In this document: piece by piece, positions 49,376 to 61,810 of the stretch
Layout of the letters: each line of letters opens with the position of its first letter
Numbering within the stretch: the first letter of the stretch is position 1
Assembly (NCBI GenBank): GCA_964587565.1
Contig: CAZPLK010000001.1
Coordinates: 701 to 64,700 of the forward strand
Direction of reading: 5' to 3'
DNA length: 64,000 nucleotides
DNA from: an uncultured Muribaculaceae bacterium
GTDB taxonomy: Bacteria; Bacillota_I; Bacilli_A; RF39; UBA660
Notes under the pieces: generated by a model
Databases searched by the model: none
Told to the model about the DNA's origin: nothing
The model's input: only the letters and a program-made list of their open reading frames with translations
Program-made: the position numbers and the translations under genes

Positions 49376-51098
49376 ATTATTAAAAAATATAAAAACGTAT
49401 AAGAAGTGGGCTTTAATCGCCCCTCTTTTAGTCATTATAGAAGTGATAGTAGATTTGTTACTACCTACAATAATGGCTAATATTGTTAATATTGGTATTG
49501 GGACTAATAATCCAAAATACATAATTGCTAATGTTCTGCTAATGGTATTTTTATCAATTGTTGGAATTATATGCGGTGTAGGTGGGATTTACTATGCAAC
49601 ATTAGTTAGTGAATCAACGGTTGCTGATATACGTGAAAAATTATTTGAAAAAATAAATAATTTGTCATTATTTAATTTCACCAAATTAAAAACCGGAAAA
49701 ATAATAACGATTTTAACAAATGATACATCTGTTGTAGGCAATGTTATAATGATGTCATTGCGTTTTATTTTTAGGGTTCCTATAATTATGATAGGAAGTA
49801 TTGTTATGGCAATTTTAATAAGTCCTAAACTATCGTTAATATTACTCTTTTTTATTCCTATTATAGCGCTAACAATTGTAATAATAATAAAAAGAGCATT
49901 TCCATATTTTACGATAACCCAAGAAAGTGTTGATAATGTTAATTCAGTAGTAAGAGAAAATTTATCTGGCATTAGAGTAGTTAAGTCTTATGTAATGGAA
50001 GAATATGAGATTGAAAAATTTGACAAAGTGAATAAAGAAATGAAGGATGTTTTAATAATAGCTCTAAGGTTTTTAGTGTTAACAATGCCTTTGATGATGC
50101 TTTTTATAAATTTAGCAACGGTATTTGTTTTATGGTATGGTGGTAAAATGGTAATTGCAGGCTCTATGCAAATTGGTAGCATAATGGCCTTTATCCAATA
50201 TTTAACAAATATATTAACAACAATTTTAATGGCATCAATGGCTATTGCAGTTACTACAAGAAGTATAGTAAGTGCCAATAGAATTGCTGAAATTTTAAAC
50301 TTAGAAGAGGATGTAAAAGAAATAAAAAGCCCGATTTTTAAAGAAAGAATGTTAGGAAATATAACGTTTGAAAATGTCAGTTTTTCATACGAAAGTGGTA
50401 GTGGTGACTATGTAATAAAAGATATTAGTTTTAATGTTGAAAAAGGATGTAAAGTTGCCATTTTAGGACCAACAGGAAGCGGTAAAACAACTATAGCATC
50501 TTTAATAGCAAGATTTTACGATCCGCTCGAAGGTAGAATATTAATTGATGGAGTTGATATAAAAAAATATTCACTATCGACGTTAAGAAATAATATTAGT
50601 GTAGTTTTTCAGCAAGCAAAACTTTTTTCAGATACTGTTGAAAACAATATAAAATATGGGTGTCCAGAAGCATCTATTAATGATGTAATAAAGGCGTCTA
50701 AAACAGCACATGCACACAAATTTATAAATAATTTCCCGGAAAAATATAATTATATTGTAGAACAAAATGCAACAAATTTAAGTGGTGGCCAAAAACAAAG
50801 AATATCTCTAGCCCGCGCTATTATTATGAGATCACCAATTTTAATATTAGATGACACAACTAGTGCGATCGATATGAAAACAGAAAAATTAATAAGGCAA
50901 TCGTTAAAAAAGGATTTAAAGGATCAAACAGTTTTAATGATTACTCAAAGAATTGCCACTGCATTAGATGCAGATAAAATAATTGTGCTAGATGATGGTA
51001 AAATAACAGGAATTGGAACTCATAATTCATTAATCAAAACTAATGATATGTATAAAAGTATTTATGACTCTCAGTTATCTAAAGGGGTGATAAAATGA
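49344..51098 (+). CDS. ABC exporter, fused permease-ATPase subunit
   Basis: Six TM segments, Walker A 'GPTGSGKTT', signature 'LSGGQKQR', Walker B 'ILILDDTTSAID'. Confidence 0.9.
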   Translation: MVRRNMKNLIELLKNIKTYKKWALIAPLLVIIEVIVDLLLPTIMANIVNIGIGTNNPKYIIANVLLMVFLSIVGIICGVGGIYYATLVSESTVADIREKLFEKINNLSLFNFTKLKTGKIITILTNDTSVVGNVIMMSLRFIFRVPIIMIGSIVMAILISPKLSLILLFFIPIIALTIVIIIKRAFPYFTITQESVDNVNSVVRENLSGIRVVKSYVMEEYEIEKFDKVNKEMKDVLIIALRFLVLTMPLMMLFINLATVFVLWYGGKMVIAGSMQIGSIMAFIQYLTNILTTILMASMAIAVTTRSIVSANRIAEILNLEEDVKEIKSPIFKERMLGNITFENVSFSYESGSGDYVIKDISFNVEKGCKVAILGPTGSGKTTIASLIARFYDPLEGRILIDGVDIKKYSLSTLRNNISVVFQQAKLFSDTVENNIKYGCPEASINDVIKASKTAHAHKFINNFPEKYNYIVEQNATNLSGGQKQRISLARAIIMRSPILILDDTTSAIDMKTEKLIRQSLKKDLKDQTVLMITQRIATALDADKIIVLDDGKITGIGTHNSLIKTNDMYKSIYDSQLSKGVIK

Positions 51099-52855
51099 GA
51101 AAAGGATTTGAACAAATCAAACCTAATGACCCCAAATCAACAATAAAAAGATTGTGGGAATATTTAAAGCAATATCAACTAAGATTAATATTTGTTGTTA
51201 TGATGGTAATTTTATCATCTATTACAACAATAGTAAGTCCTGTATTAATTTTGCTCGCAATAGATAAATTTATTGCAAGTGGTAATTTACAATTATTATT
51301 TTATTTATTAATAGGGTTAGGTATATTGTATACTTTATCTTCTTTTTTTAATTACATGTCAGGTTTTAATATGGTATATATTTCAGAAAATTCATTGTAT
51401 GAAATTAGAAAAGATTTATTTGCACATTTAGAAAAATTATCATTAAACTTTTTCGATCAAAACAAAACTGGAGATTTAATGAGCCGATTTATAAATGATA
51501 TTTCAGTGATTAGCGATACTTTAAGTGATGCTATTATACAATTTATAAGTAGTATATTATTATTGTTTGGAATAACAATAATAATGTTTATAATAAATCC
51601 TATCTTAACAATTACAACAATTTTAACTGTACCACTTTTCGTTGTTTTTGTTACTAAAATCGGACGCAAAATCGGTGAATATTATAAAAAACGCCAAAAA
51701 TCTTTAGGTGAATTAAATGCTTACGCCGAAGAAAGAATAAGTGGCATAGAAGTAGTAAAAAGTTACGGTAAAGAACAAGAGGCTTTAGATGGGTTTAAAA
51801 AATATAATAATGAGTTTAAAAAAAGTTCTATTAAAGCGCAAGTGTTTTCAAGTTTAGTAATGCCTATAAATATGGCTATAACTAATATTGGTAATATATT
51901 AATAATAGCTATAGGTTCAATACTAACAATAAATAATATGGCGACTGTAGGTAGCATTTTAACATTCATTACTTATTCAAAAATGTTTAGAAGACCAATT
52001 AACCAATTGGCATCTATATATTCTTCAATACAATCATCATTAGCAGGTGCAGAACGAATTTTTGAAATTATGGATCATCCTATAGAAGTTAAAGACGCAA
52101 ACAACCCGATTCCATTAAATGAAATAAAAGGAGAAGTTGAATTTGAAAATGTCAGTTTTGGTTATAGTGAAAAAGAAATGATATTAAAAGATATAAACTT
52201 AAAAGCAAAGCCAGGTCAAAACATTGCAATAGTTGGGCCAACAGGAGCGGGTAAGACAACAATAATAAACTTGTTATCACGATTTTATGACTTAAATAAA
52301 GGGAAAATAACAATAGATGGCAACGATATTAGTAAAGTAAGAAAAAGTGATTTACGTAGTAAAATAGGAATCGTATTACAAGATACCTACTTGTTTAAAG
52401 GAACGGTATTAGAAAATGTTAAGTATGGAAATGTTAATGCAACTATAGAAGAAGTTATAGAAGCTTGTAAGAAATCTCAAGCACATTCATTTATTAGAAG
52501 ATTACCTAACGGTTATGACTCTTTTGTTGAAGAGGAAGGTTCAAATTTTTCACAAGGCCAAAGGCAGTTGATTGCAATTGCCCGTGCCCTTTTATCTAAT
52601 CATGATATATTAATATTAGATGAAGCAACTAGTAATGTTGACACAAGGACAGAAGTTGCAATTCAAAAAGGGATGAAAGAGTTAATGAAAGGGAAAACAA
52701 GTTTTGTTATTGCACACAGATTATCAACAATAGAAAATGCTGATAAAATAATAGTAATTAATAACGGAACGATTATCGAGAAAGGGAAACACGAATATTT
52801 AATTAGCAAAAAGGGTTTTTACTACCATTTATATAGTAGCCAGTTTGAAAATTAA
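51095..52855 (+). CDS. ABC exporter, fused permease-ATPase subunit (heterodimer partner)
   Basis: 'GPTGAGKTT', 'FSQGQRQL', 'ILILDEATSNVD'. 4-nt overlap with the partner gene. Confidence 0.9.
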   Translation: MRKGFEQIKPNDPKSTIKRLWEYLKQYQLRLIFVVMMVILSSITTIVSPVLILLAIDKFIASGNLQLLFYLLIGLGILYTLSSFFNYMSGFNMVYISENSLYEIRKDLFAHLEKLSLNFFDQNKTGDLMSRFINDISVISDTLSDAIIQFISSILLLFGITIIMFIINPILTITTILTVPLFVVFVTKIGRKIGEYYKKRQKSLGELNAYAEERISGIEVVKSYGKEQEALDGFKKYNNEFKKSSIKAQVFSSLVMPINMAITNIGNILIIAIGSILTINNMATVGSILTFITYSKMFRRPINQLASIYSSIQSSLAGAERIFEIMDHPIEVKDANNPIPLNEIKGEVEFENVSFGYSEKEMILKDINLKAKPGQNIAIVGPTGAGKTTIINLLSRFYDLNKGKITIDGNDISKVRKSDLRSKIGIVLQDTYLFKGTVLENVKYGNVNATIEEVIEACKKSQAHSFIRRLPNGYDSFVEEEGSNFSQGQRQLIAIARALLSNHDILILDEATSNVDTRTEVAIQKGMKELMKGKTSFVIAHRLSTIENADKIIVINNGTIIEKGKHEYLISKKGFYYHLYSSQFEN

Positions 52856-52912
52856 AGTACTATCTTTTTAAGTATATTTTTGATATAATTTATATACAAA
52901 GGAGATGATGGT

Positions 52913-53362
52913 ATGGAAAAAAAAGATTTTAATGATATTGAAATTATAGACGATTTGGAACTCCAAAATAATGTTAAAAATGAAACGATCAATAGTGATT
53001 GGCTTTCAGATTTTCAAAATGTTGAAAAAAACAAAAATAATATAGAAAATTTAAATGATGAAATAATAGAAATTGAAGATCTTGATATATCTCAAAATAA
53101 TAAAGTCGGTGAAAGTCTTCAAGTGCCATCTCCTAATAATAAGTTATCAACATCTAGTGTAAAAGAAATGTTGGAAAGTGTCGAGCCAACTGATATTTCT
53201 GAAAACATAAATTATAAACCCAACTTAGATAAAAAAGAAATTAATGAAGAGGTTGAAGCTGAGTTAGACAGTAATCGTAGCTTAATGTTTATAATAATTT
53301 TATTTTCGATATTAATTTTATTCATCATATTTTTACCGACAATTACAAAAATTATAAAATAA
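52913..53362 (+). CDS. Hypothetical acidic tail-anchored membrane protein
   Basis: D/E/N-rich N-terminus; C-terminal TM 'LMFIIILFSILILFIIFLPTI'. Confidence 0.3.
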   Translation: MEKKDFNDIEIIDDLELQNNVKNETINSDWLSDFQNVEKNKNNIENLNDEIIEIEDLDISQNNKVGESLQVPSPNNKLSTSSVKEMLESVEPTDISENINYKPNLDKKEINEEVEAELDSNRSLMFIIILFSILILFIIFLPTITKIIK

Positions 53363-53486
53363 TAATTTTAAAATCTCATACACTAAAGGAAATATTTAAT
53401 GTTTCCTTTTTATATTTATATATAATTAGGTTGTTTAAATTTATAAAAAATGGTAAATAATATAGTGAATAATATCAAAAATAAAT

Positions 53487-53559
53487 TTGGCAGTCATATA
53501 TTGACATTGCTAAAATATAATAGTATAATGAGATGGCATTCAAGTTTATGGAGTGCTAA
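53487..53559 (+). promoter_or_regulatory. hrcA promoter (TTGACA - 17 nt - TATAAT at 53501-53529) with two CIRCE-like inverted repeats
   Basis: First repeat 'ttggcagtc-N9-cattgctaa' (53487-53513). Second repeat 'atggcattc-N9-GAGTGCTAA' (53533-53559). CIRCE consensus is TTAGCACTC-N9-GAGTGCTAA. Confidence 0.4.
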
Positions 53560-53574
53560 TGTGGTGGTGATATT

Positions 53575-54564
53575 ATGTTGACTAAACGACAAGAACATTT
53601 GTTAAAGTTAATAATTGAAGAGCATATTAAAACGGCAAAAGCTATTAGTTCTAATTCACTTTGCAATAAATTAGATTGTTCTAGTGCAACCATAAGAAAT
53701 GAAATGGTTATATTAGAAGACTATGGCTTACTTGAGAAAACACATATATCTTCAGGTAGGCTTCCGAGTGAAAAAGGCTATCGCTATTATGTAGATAATA
53801 TAATGGAGCCCAAGCAATTAACCGGTGAAGATGTATTAAAACTTCAAACTATATTCCATAATAAGTCATTAATGTTAAATGATGTAATATTAAAAAGCAT
53901 GGAAATAATATCTGAATTAACAAGTTACACATCAATCGTACTTGGTGGTTCTTCTAAAGATAATCGTTTAAATAAAGTGGAAGCAATTCCAATTAATGAA
54001 AATAGGGTTATTGCAATAGTTATCACTGATAAAGGACATGTAGAACATAGAAATGTATTTATTGAACCAACTGTAAGTATAGAAGAAGTGCAAAAAACAA
54101 TTGATTTAATAAATAAACTTATAGTAGGGACTCCAATCAGTGAAATTAGTAGTAAATTGGAGTTTGAGATTAAACCAATAATTTCAAAATATGTAACTCA
54201 ATATGAAACACTATATAATGCATTTTATACAGCATTTAGTGATTTTTCAAATGAATCAAAAATTAAAGTTACAGGTGCTAGTAATATATTAAAACAACCA
54301 GAATTTAATGACGCTGATAAAATAGCAGCTATACTCAATAAATTTGATGATAAAAATTTAATAAGAAGTGTAATGGAAGAAGATAAAGGAATTAATATAT
54401 ATGTTGGCAGTGAAAATGAATTTGATAAAGATGTTGGATTAATTAAAACTACATTTGAAGTAAATGGCGAAGAAGGAACAATTGCTATTATAGGACCTAA
54501 AAGAATGGAATATGGCCGTGTTCTAGCTCTTTTAGAATATATAAAGAAAAATATAGGAGGGTAA
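53575..54564 (+). CDS. hrcA: Heat-inducible transcription repressor HrcA
   Basis: 'LTKRQEHLLKLIIEEHIKTAKAISSNSL' winged-helix N-terminus; position before grpE-dnaK. Confidence 0.9.
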   Translation: MLTKRQEHLLKLIIEEHIKTAKAISSNSLCNKLDCSSATIRNEMVILEDYGLLEKTHISSGRLPSEKGYRYYVDNIMEPKQLTGEDVLKLQTIFHNKSLMLNDVILKSMEIISELTSYTSIVLGGSSKDNRLNKVEAIPINENRVIAIVITDKGHVEHRNVFIEPTVSIEEVQKTIDLINKLIVGTPISEISSKLEFEIKPIISKYVTQYETLYNAFYTAFSDFSNESKIKVTGASNILKQPEFNDADKIAAILNKFDDKNLIRSVMEEDKGINIYVGSENEFDKDVGLIKTTFEVNGEEGTIAIIGPKRMEYGRVLALLEYIKKNIGG

Positions 54565-54566
54565 AA

Positions 54567-56965
<2,399 letters not shown>

Positions 56966-56968
56966 AAT

Positions 56969-56994
56969 GTAGAAGTCAAATGACTTCTACATTC
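56969..56994 (+). terminator. Stem-loop (attenuator or weak terminator) between dnaK and pepF
   Basis: 10-bp inverted repeat gtagaagtca / tgacttctac separated by 'aa'; the U-tail is poor. Confidence 0.35.
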
Positions 56995-57015
56995 GTTATG
57001 CAAAGGAGAACAATA

Positions 57016-58821
57016 TTGAAAACAGAAAAACTTAGAGAAGAAGTTAATATTAATTATAAGTGGGATTTAAGTTTGATGTATAATTCAATTGACGATTGGT
57101 TTATTGAATATAAAAAACTGGATAAAAAAGCTAATGATTTTTTAAATTACAAAGGGAAAAGCTTGCTTGACTCTAATAATTTACTTAATATTTTAGATGA
57201 TTATATAGCGTTGCAAAGAGGATTATCAAAATTGTATGTTTTTGCCAATATGAAAAGTGATGAAAACACACTAGATGTTGAAAATCAAAAAATAAAAGGA
57301 AAAGCAGAAAATTTAAACACTAAGATATTAGAAGTGACTTCATTTTTAATACCAGAATTAATTAAAGTTGATTATAATGAGGTAGAAGAGTGCATGGCTC
57401 AAAATTCAAACTTAAAACAATACGAAAGAATGATTAAAGAAATATTTCGATATAAAAATCATATATTATCAGAAGATATGGAAAAAATATTGTCTTCTTT
57501 AAGCAAAATATTAAATATTCCAACTAATGTATCTAATTTAGTTACAAATGCTGATTTAAAATTCGAGAGTATTAAAGATGAAAATAATAATTTAGTTGCT
57601 ATAACAAATAGCAATTATAATAAATATATAAAATCTGTTAATAGGGATATTAGAAAAAATGCGTTTTATTCTTTATATGGTGGATATAAAAGTGTTATTA
57701 ATACATTAGCCGAAACATTAGCAAGTGAAGTAGAAAAAAACAATACAATTGCTAGTATAAGAGGATATAAAAATGCTTTGGAACATTCTCTTTTTGATAG
57801 TAATATTAGTAGTGGTGTATATTTAAATTTAATTAAAACAGTTAACGATAATTTAGATGAAATTCATAAATACTATAAATTAAAAAAAGACACATTGCAA
57901 CTAACTGAATTAACATTATATGATGTGCATGTTCCTATTGTAAGACAACAAGTATCTAATTATAGCTTCAAAGAAGCACGTCAAATTATTACAGATGCTT
58001 TGAGTATTTTTGGAACTGATTATATAAAAGTTATAAACATGGCCTTTTCAGAAAAATGGATAGATATTTATCCAAACAAAGGGAAGAAAAGTGGGGCATA
58101 CTCTTGGGGATGTTATGATAGTCCCCCATACATACTAATGAATTATCAAAATAAATTAGATGATGTTTCTACATTAATACATGAACTTGGCCACTCTATA
58201 CATAGTTATTTTTCTAGTGAAAACAATAAATATCAAGATTCATCATATAAAATATTTGTAGCTGAAGTTGCATCCTTAGTTAATGAATTAATATTATATG
58301 ATTATATGCTAGAAAATACTAATTGTAAAAAAACAAAAATTAATATTATAGAAAGTAAACTGGAATTATTTAAAAACACATTATTTAGACAAACAATGTT
58401 TGCTGAATTTGAAATAAGCATACATCAAAAAGCCCTTGACAATGAGATTTTAACTAATGAATTGTTCTCGCAAATTTATTATCAATTAAATGATAAATAT
58501 TTTGGTAATGATGTTTTTGTAAACGATGAAATAAAATATGAATGGGCAAGAATACCGCATTTTTATCGAAGTTTTTACGTTTATCAGTATGCAACAGGAT
58601 TAGCAGCAGCTTGCACTATAGTTAATAACATAAAAAAACAAAAAGATAATGCAATTGAAAATTATTTAAAATTTTTAAAATCTGGAAATAGTGATCATCC
58701 ATTAGAATTGTTGAAAATAGTAGATGTAGATTTAACAAAAGCTTACGTAATTGAAAATGCAGTAAATGAATTTAGTGATACATTGGATCAATTTGAATAT
58801 TTAATAAAAAATAGGAAGTAG
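57016..58821 (+). CDS. pepF: Oligoendopeptidase F (M3B)
   Basis: '[11 protein letters not shown]' HExxH and an M3B C-terminal domain. TTG 57016 with RBS 'aaaggag' preferred; track ATG 56980 lies inside the hairpin. Confidence 0.8.
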   Translation: MKTEKLREEVNINYKWDLSLMYNSIDDWFIEYKKLDKKANDFLNYKGKSLLDSNNLLNILDDYIALQRGLSKLYVFANMKSDENTLDVENQKIKGKAENLNTKILEVTSFLIPELIKVDYNEVEECMAQNSNLKQYERMIKEIFRYKNHILSEDMEKILSSLSKILNIPTNVSNLVTNADLKFESIKDENNNLVAITNSNYNKYIKSVNRDIRKNAFYSLYGGYKSVINTLAETLASEVEKNNTIASIRGYKNALEHSLFDSNISSGVYLNLIKTVNDNLDEIHKYYKLKKDTLQLTELTLYDVHVPIVRQQVSNYSFKEARQIITDALSIFGTDYIKVINMAFSEKWIDIYPNKGKKSGAYSWGCYDSPPYILMNYQNKLDDVSTLIHELGHSIHSYFSSENNKYQDSSYKIFVAEVASLVNELILYDYMLENTNCKKTKINIIESKLELFKNTLFRQTMFAEFEISIHQKALDNEILTNELFSQIYYQLNDKYFGNDVFVNDEIKYEWARIPHFYRSFYVYQYATGLAAACTIVNNIKKQKDNAIENYLKFLKSGNSDHPLELLKIVDVDLTKAYVIENAVNEFSDTLDQFEYLIKNRK

Positions 58822-58828
58822 GTGTCAA

Positions 58829-59926
58829 ATGGAAAAAAGGGATTATTATGATATTTTAGGGGTTAATAAAGATGCTTCTATGGATGAAATAAAAAGTGCT
58901 TTTCGAAAGTTGGCAAAAAAATATCACCCCGATGTATCTAAAGAACCAAATGCCGAAGAAAAATTTAAAGAAGCGCAAGAAGCATATGCTATTTTAAGTG
59001 ATGAACAAAAGAGAAGACAATATGATCAATTTGGACACGGGGCCTTTTCAGGTGGTGGTTTTCAAGATTTTGACTTTGACTTTTCGGATATATTTGGAGA
59101 TATATTTGGAGGAGGTTTTGGTGACTTTTTCACGGGTGGTCGTTCAAATCGAAACGCACCTAGAAAAGGTCGTGATACACTGGTAGAAATGAAACTTACT
59201 TTTGAAGAAGCAGTTTTTGGTACTAAAAAGAATTTAAAGTTAAATGTTGATGAAAACTGTACAGAATGTAAAGGTAAAGGTGGATATGGTGAGTCAAACT
59301 GTTCTGTGTGTCACGGAAGTGGTGAAGTGACTACAGAGCAGAGGACAATGTTTGGAACGTTTATGACAAGAACTACTTGTAATAATTGTTTAGGTAAAGG
59401 CACCTCATATGAAAAATCGTGTTCTAGTTGTCGAGGCAGTGGAAAACAAACACAATTAAAAAATATTGAAGTAACAATACCGGCTGGTGTTGATACTGGT
59501 AATCAATTAAGAATACGAGAAAAGGGAGAAGCTGGTACTAATGGTGGTCCAAATGGAGATGTATATTTAGAGTTTGTTGTAGATTTACATCCCTTATTTG
59601 AACGTCATGGTAATGATATTTATTTAGAATTGCCAATAACAATAACAGATGCCGTTTTAGGTGCTAAAATAGATATTCCTACATTAACGGGCAAAGTAAC
59701 TATGTCCATTCCAGCCGGTAGTATGACAAATGATAAGCACCGATTACGCGGTAAAGGTATTGAAGATGTCAATTCACGTCGTAAAGGGGATATGTATGTA
59801 GTCTTAAAAATAGATGTGCCTAAAAAAATAAATAGGGCTCAACGAAAATTATTTGAAGAACTTAAAAAAACGAATTTAGAAACAGACCCACAGTTTAAAA
59901 ACATAAGAAAATACTTAAAATCTTGA
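58829..59926 (+). CDS. dnaJ: Chaperone DnaJ
   Basis: J-domain 'DYYDILGV...KYHPD'; G/F-rich region; four CxxCxGxG zinc repeats. Confidence 0.95.
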   Translation: MEKRDYYDILGVNKDASMDEIKSAFRKLAKKYHPDVSKEPNAEEKFKEAQEAYAILSDEQKRRQYDQFGHGAFSGGGFQDFDFDFSDIFGDIFGGGFGDFFTGGRSNRNAPRKGRDTLVEMKLTFEEAVFGTKKNLKLNVDENCTECKGKGGYGESNCSVCHGSGEVTTEQRTMFGTFMTRTTCNNCLGKGTSYEKSCSSCRGSGKQTQLKNIEVTIPAGVDTGNQLRIREKGEAGTNGGPNGDVYLEFVVDLHPLFERHGNDIYLELPITITDAVLGAKIDIPTLTGKVTMSIPAGSMTNDKHRLRGKGIEDVNSRRKGDMYVVLKIDVPKKINRAQRKLFEELKKTNLETDPQFKNIRKYLKS

Positions 59927-59973
59927 TTATAATAAATTAATATACTATAATTATAGTATGAAAGGATGAAGTT

Positions 59974-60516
59974 ATGGAAAATATTTTATTAGATGCAGAA
60001 GGAAAGATGGATGAAGCGATTGAGACTATGGAATCTCGATTTGCTAACATAAGAGCAGGGAGAGCTAATCCAGCCATTTTAGATGGTGTTACTGTTTCTT
60101 ACTATGGTGTTGATACACCATTAAAACAATTAGCAACAATTTCAATTCCAGAAGCACGACAATTAAATATCAAACCATTTGATCCTGCAACATTAGGTGC
60201 AATAGAAAAAGCGATTTTTGAATCAAATATTGGACTAACACCTAACAATAGTGGTGAGACTATTATTTTAAATATTCCAGTTTTAACTGAGGAAACTAGA
60301 AAAGATTATGTAAGGCAAGTAAAGGCTATGTCTGAAGATTGCAAAGTCGCACTACGTAAAGTTAGACAGGAAGCAAATGATCGAGTAAAAAAACTTGATA
60401 TTTCAGAAGATGAAATAAAAAATGGTATGGATAATGTTCAAGATTTAATTGATAAATATAATAAAATAGTAGATGAAAAACTAAATACAAAAGAAGAAGA
60501 ATTGATGACTATTTAA
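59974..60516 (+). CDS. frr: Ribosome recycling factor
   Basis: 'RANPAILDGV...', 'VALRKVRQEAND'. Confidence 0.95.
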   Translation: MENILLDAEGKMDEAIETMESRFANIRAGRANPAILDGVTVSYYGVDTPLKQLATISIPEARQLNIKPFDPATLGAIEKAIFESNIGLTPNNSGETIILNIPVLTEETRKDYVRQVKAMSEDCKVALRKVRQEANDRVKKLDISEDEIKNGMDNVQDLIDKYNKIVDEKLNTKEEELMTI

Positions 60517-60630
60517 AAGTGTGGGAATAAAACCCCATATTTTTTAATTAAATAAATTATTATATTTTTTATAAGAATAGTATTTTATATTATATTTTGA
60601 TATAATGTTATATATGTAAGAGGTGATTAT

Positions 60631-61794
60631 ATGAAGAAGATTGGATATTTTATTTTAATGGTGATATTTTTGATGCCACTTTTTATGACTTCTTATACTG
60701 TAGATGCTAGTTCTAAGACATTAAGAGATTTATATAACGAATTATTAGCAATAGAAGATGAGTTAAGAAAAATTAATAATGACAAAAATAGAACAGAAGG
60801 CAAAATAAATGAAATAAAAAATAATGTAGTCCAAATTGATAATGAAGTTGTAACTATTGAAAAAACAATTTTAAATATAAATAACGATATCTTGCGATTA
60901 AATGAAGAGATTATAGGGAAAGATGACGAAATAAAAGAACTTATGAGTTTTTTTCAATTATCAACAGGCGAAAACATTTATTTAGAATATGCTTTTAGTG
61001 CCAATAGTATGACAGATTTTATTTATAGATTGGCAATAGTAGAACAACTAACTAATCATAATAATCGCTTAATTAATGAGATGAATGAAATGATAATTTC
61101 ACAAGAACAAAAATCAATTGAACTTTCTAAACATCAGAAAGATATTTTAGAAAAGAAAAAACAATTACTAAATGAACAAGTTAAACTAGGAGATCAAGTT
61201 AATTTGTTATATAAAAATTCACAATCATTATCTGATGAAATAGCGGATGCAAAAAAAACAATAAAAAATTATGAAAGATTAGGTTGTAAACCATCCGACA
61301 TATTAAGTGAATGTATAAAAATTAATAGGGATGTTTCATTTGCACGTCCAACATTGAGAGGTAGAATTACTTGTGGCTGGCTTTGCTATTCTGGACATCG
61401 TGCTGTTGATATCGGCGGAATTGCCGGTGAAAATATATATCCTACAGCCAATGGAAGAGTAGTGGATATTACTTGGGGATCATCTTGTGGTGGCAACTAT
61501 GTAACTATTCAACATAATATTAATGGTGTACCGTATGCATCACGTTACATGCATATGCAAAATATATATGTGAGGTTTAATGATGTAGTAAGTCGAGACA
61601 CCGTAATAGGAACTGTTGGTGGATGGGCAGGCGGAGTTGACAAGTGTACTACTGGGCCTCATTTACACTTTGCAATTGCAAGAGGTACTTATGCACAAGA
61701 TTTCTGGAGTTTTGGTAATTATGCTATAAATCCATACTCCGTAATAAAATTACCACCAGAAGGTGGATGGTTTTCAACACGATACGGTAATTAA
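60631..61794 (+). CDS. M23-family peptidoglycan metalloendopeptidase with an N-terminal signal peptide and coiled coil
   Basis: Signal peptide; long coiled coil; 'SGHRAVDIGG' (HxxxD) and 'GPHLHFAI' (HxH). Confidence 0.8.
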   Translation: MKKIGYFILMVIFLMPLFMTSYTVDASSKTLRDLYNELLAIEDELRKINNDKNRTEGKINEIKNNVVQIDNEVVTIEKTILNINNDILRLNEEIIGKDDEIKELMSFFQLSTGENIYLEYAFSANSMTDFIYRLAIVEQLTNHNNRLINEMNEMIISQEQKSIELSKHQKDILEKKKQLLNEQVKLGDQVNLLYKNSQSLSDEIADAKKTIKNYERLGCKPSDILSECIKINRDVSFARPTLRGRITCGWLCYSGHRAVDIGGIAGENIYPTANGRVVDITWGSSCGGNYVTIQHNINGVPYASRYMHMQNIYVRFNDVVSRDTVIGTVGGWAGGVDKCTTGPHLHFAIARGTYAQDFWSFGNYAINPYSVIKLPPEGGWFSTRYGN

Positions 61795-61810
61795 TGTAAA
61801 GGAGAATTTT

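Noticed and set aside
41624-51969. Short antisense ORFs 41624-41839, 43131-43316, 44289-44534, 45203-45427, 46042-46338, 47794-48129, 48475-48705, 49319-49522, 49592-49972, 49988-50278, 51457-51669, 51763-51969
   Set aside because: All antisense to longer ORFs with recognisable family motifs; compositional artefacts of an AT-rich genome.
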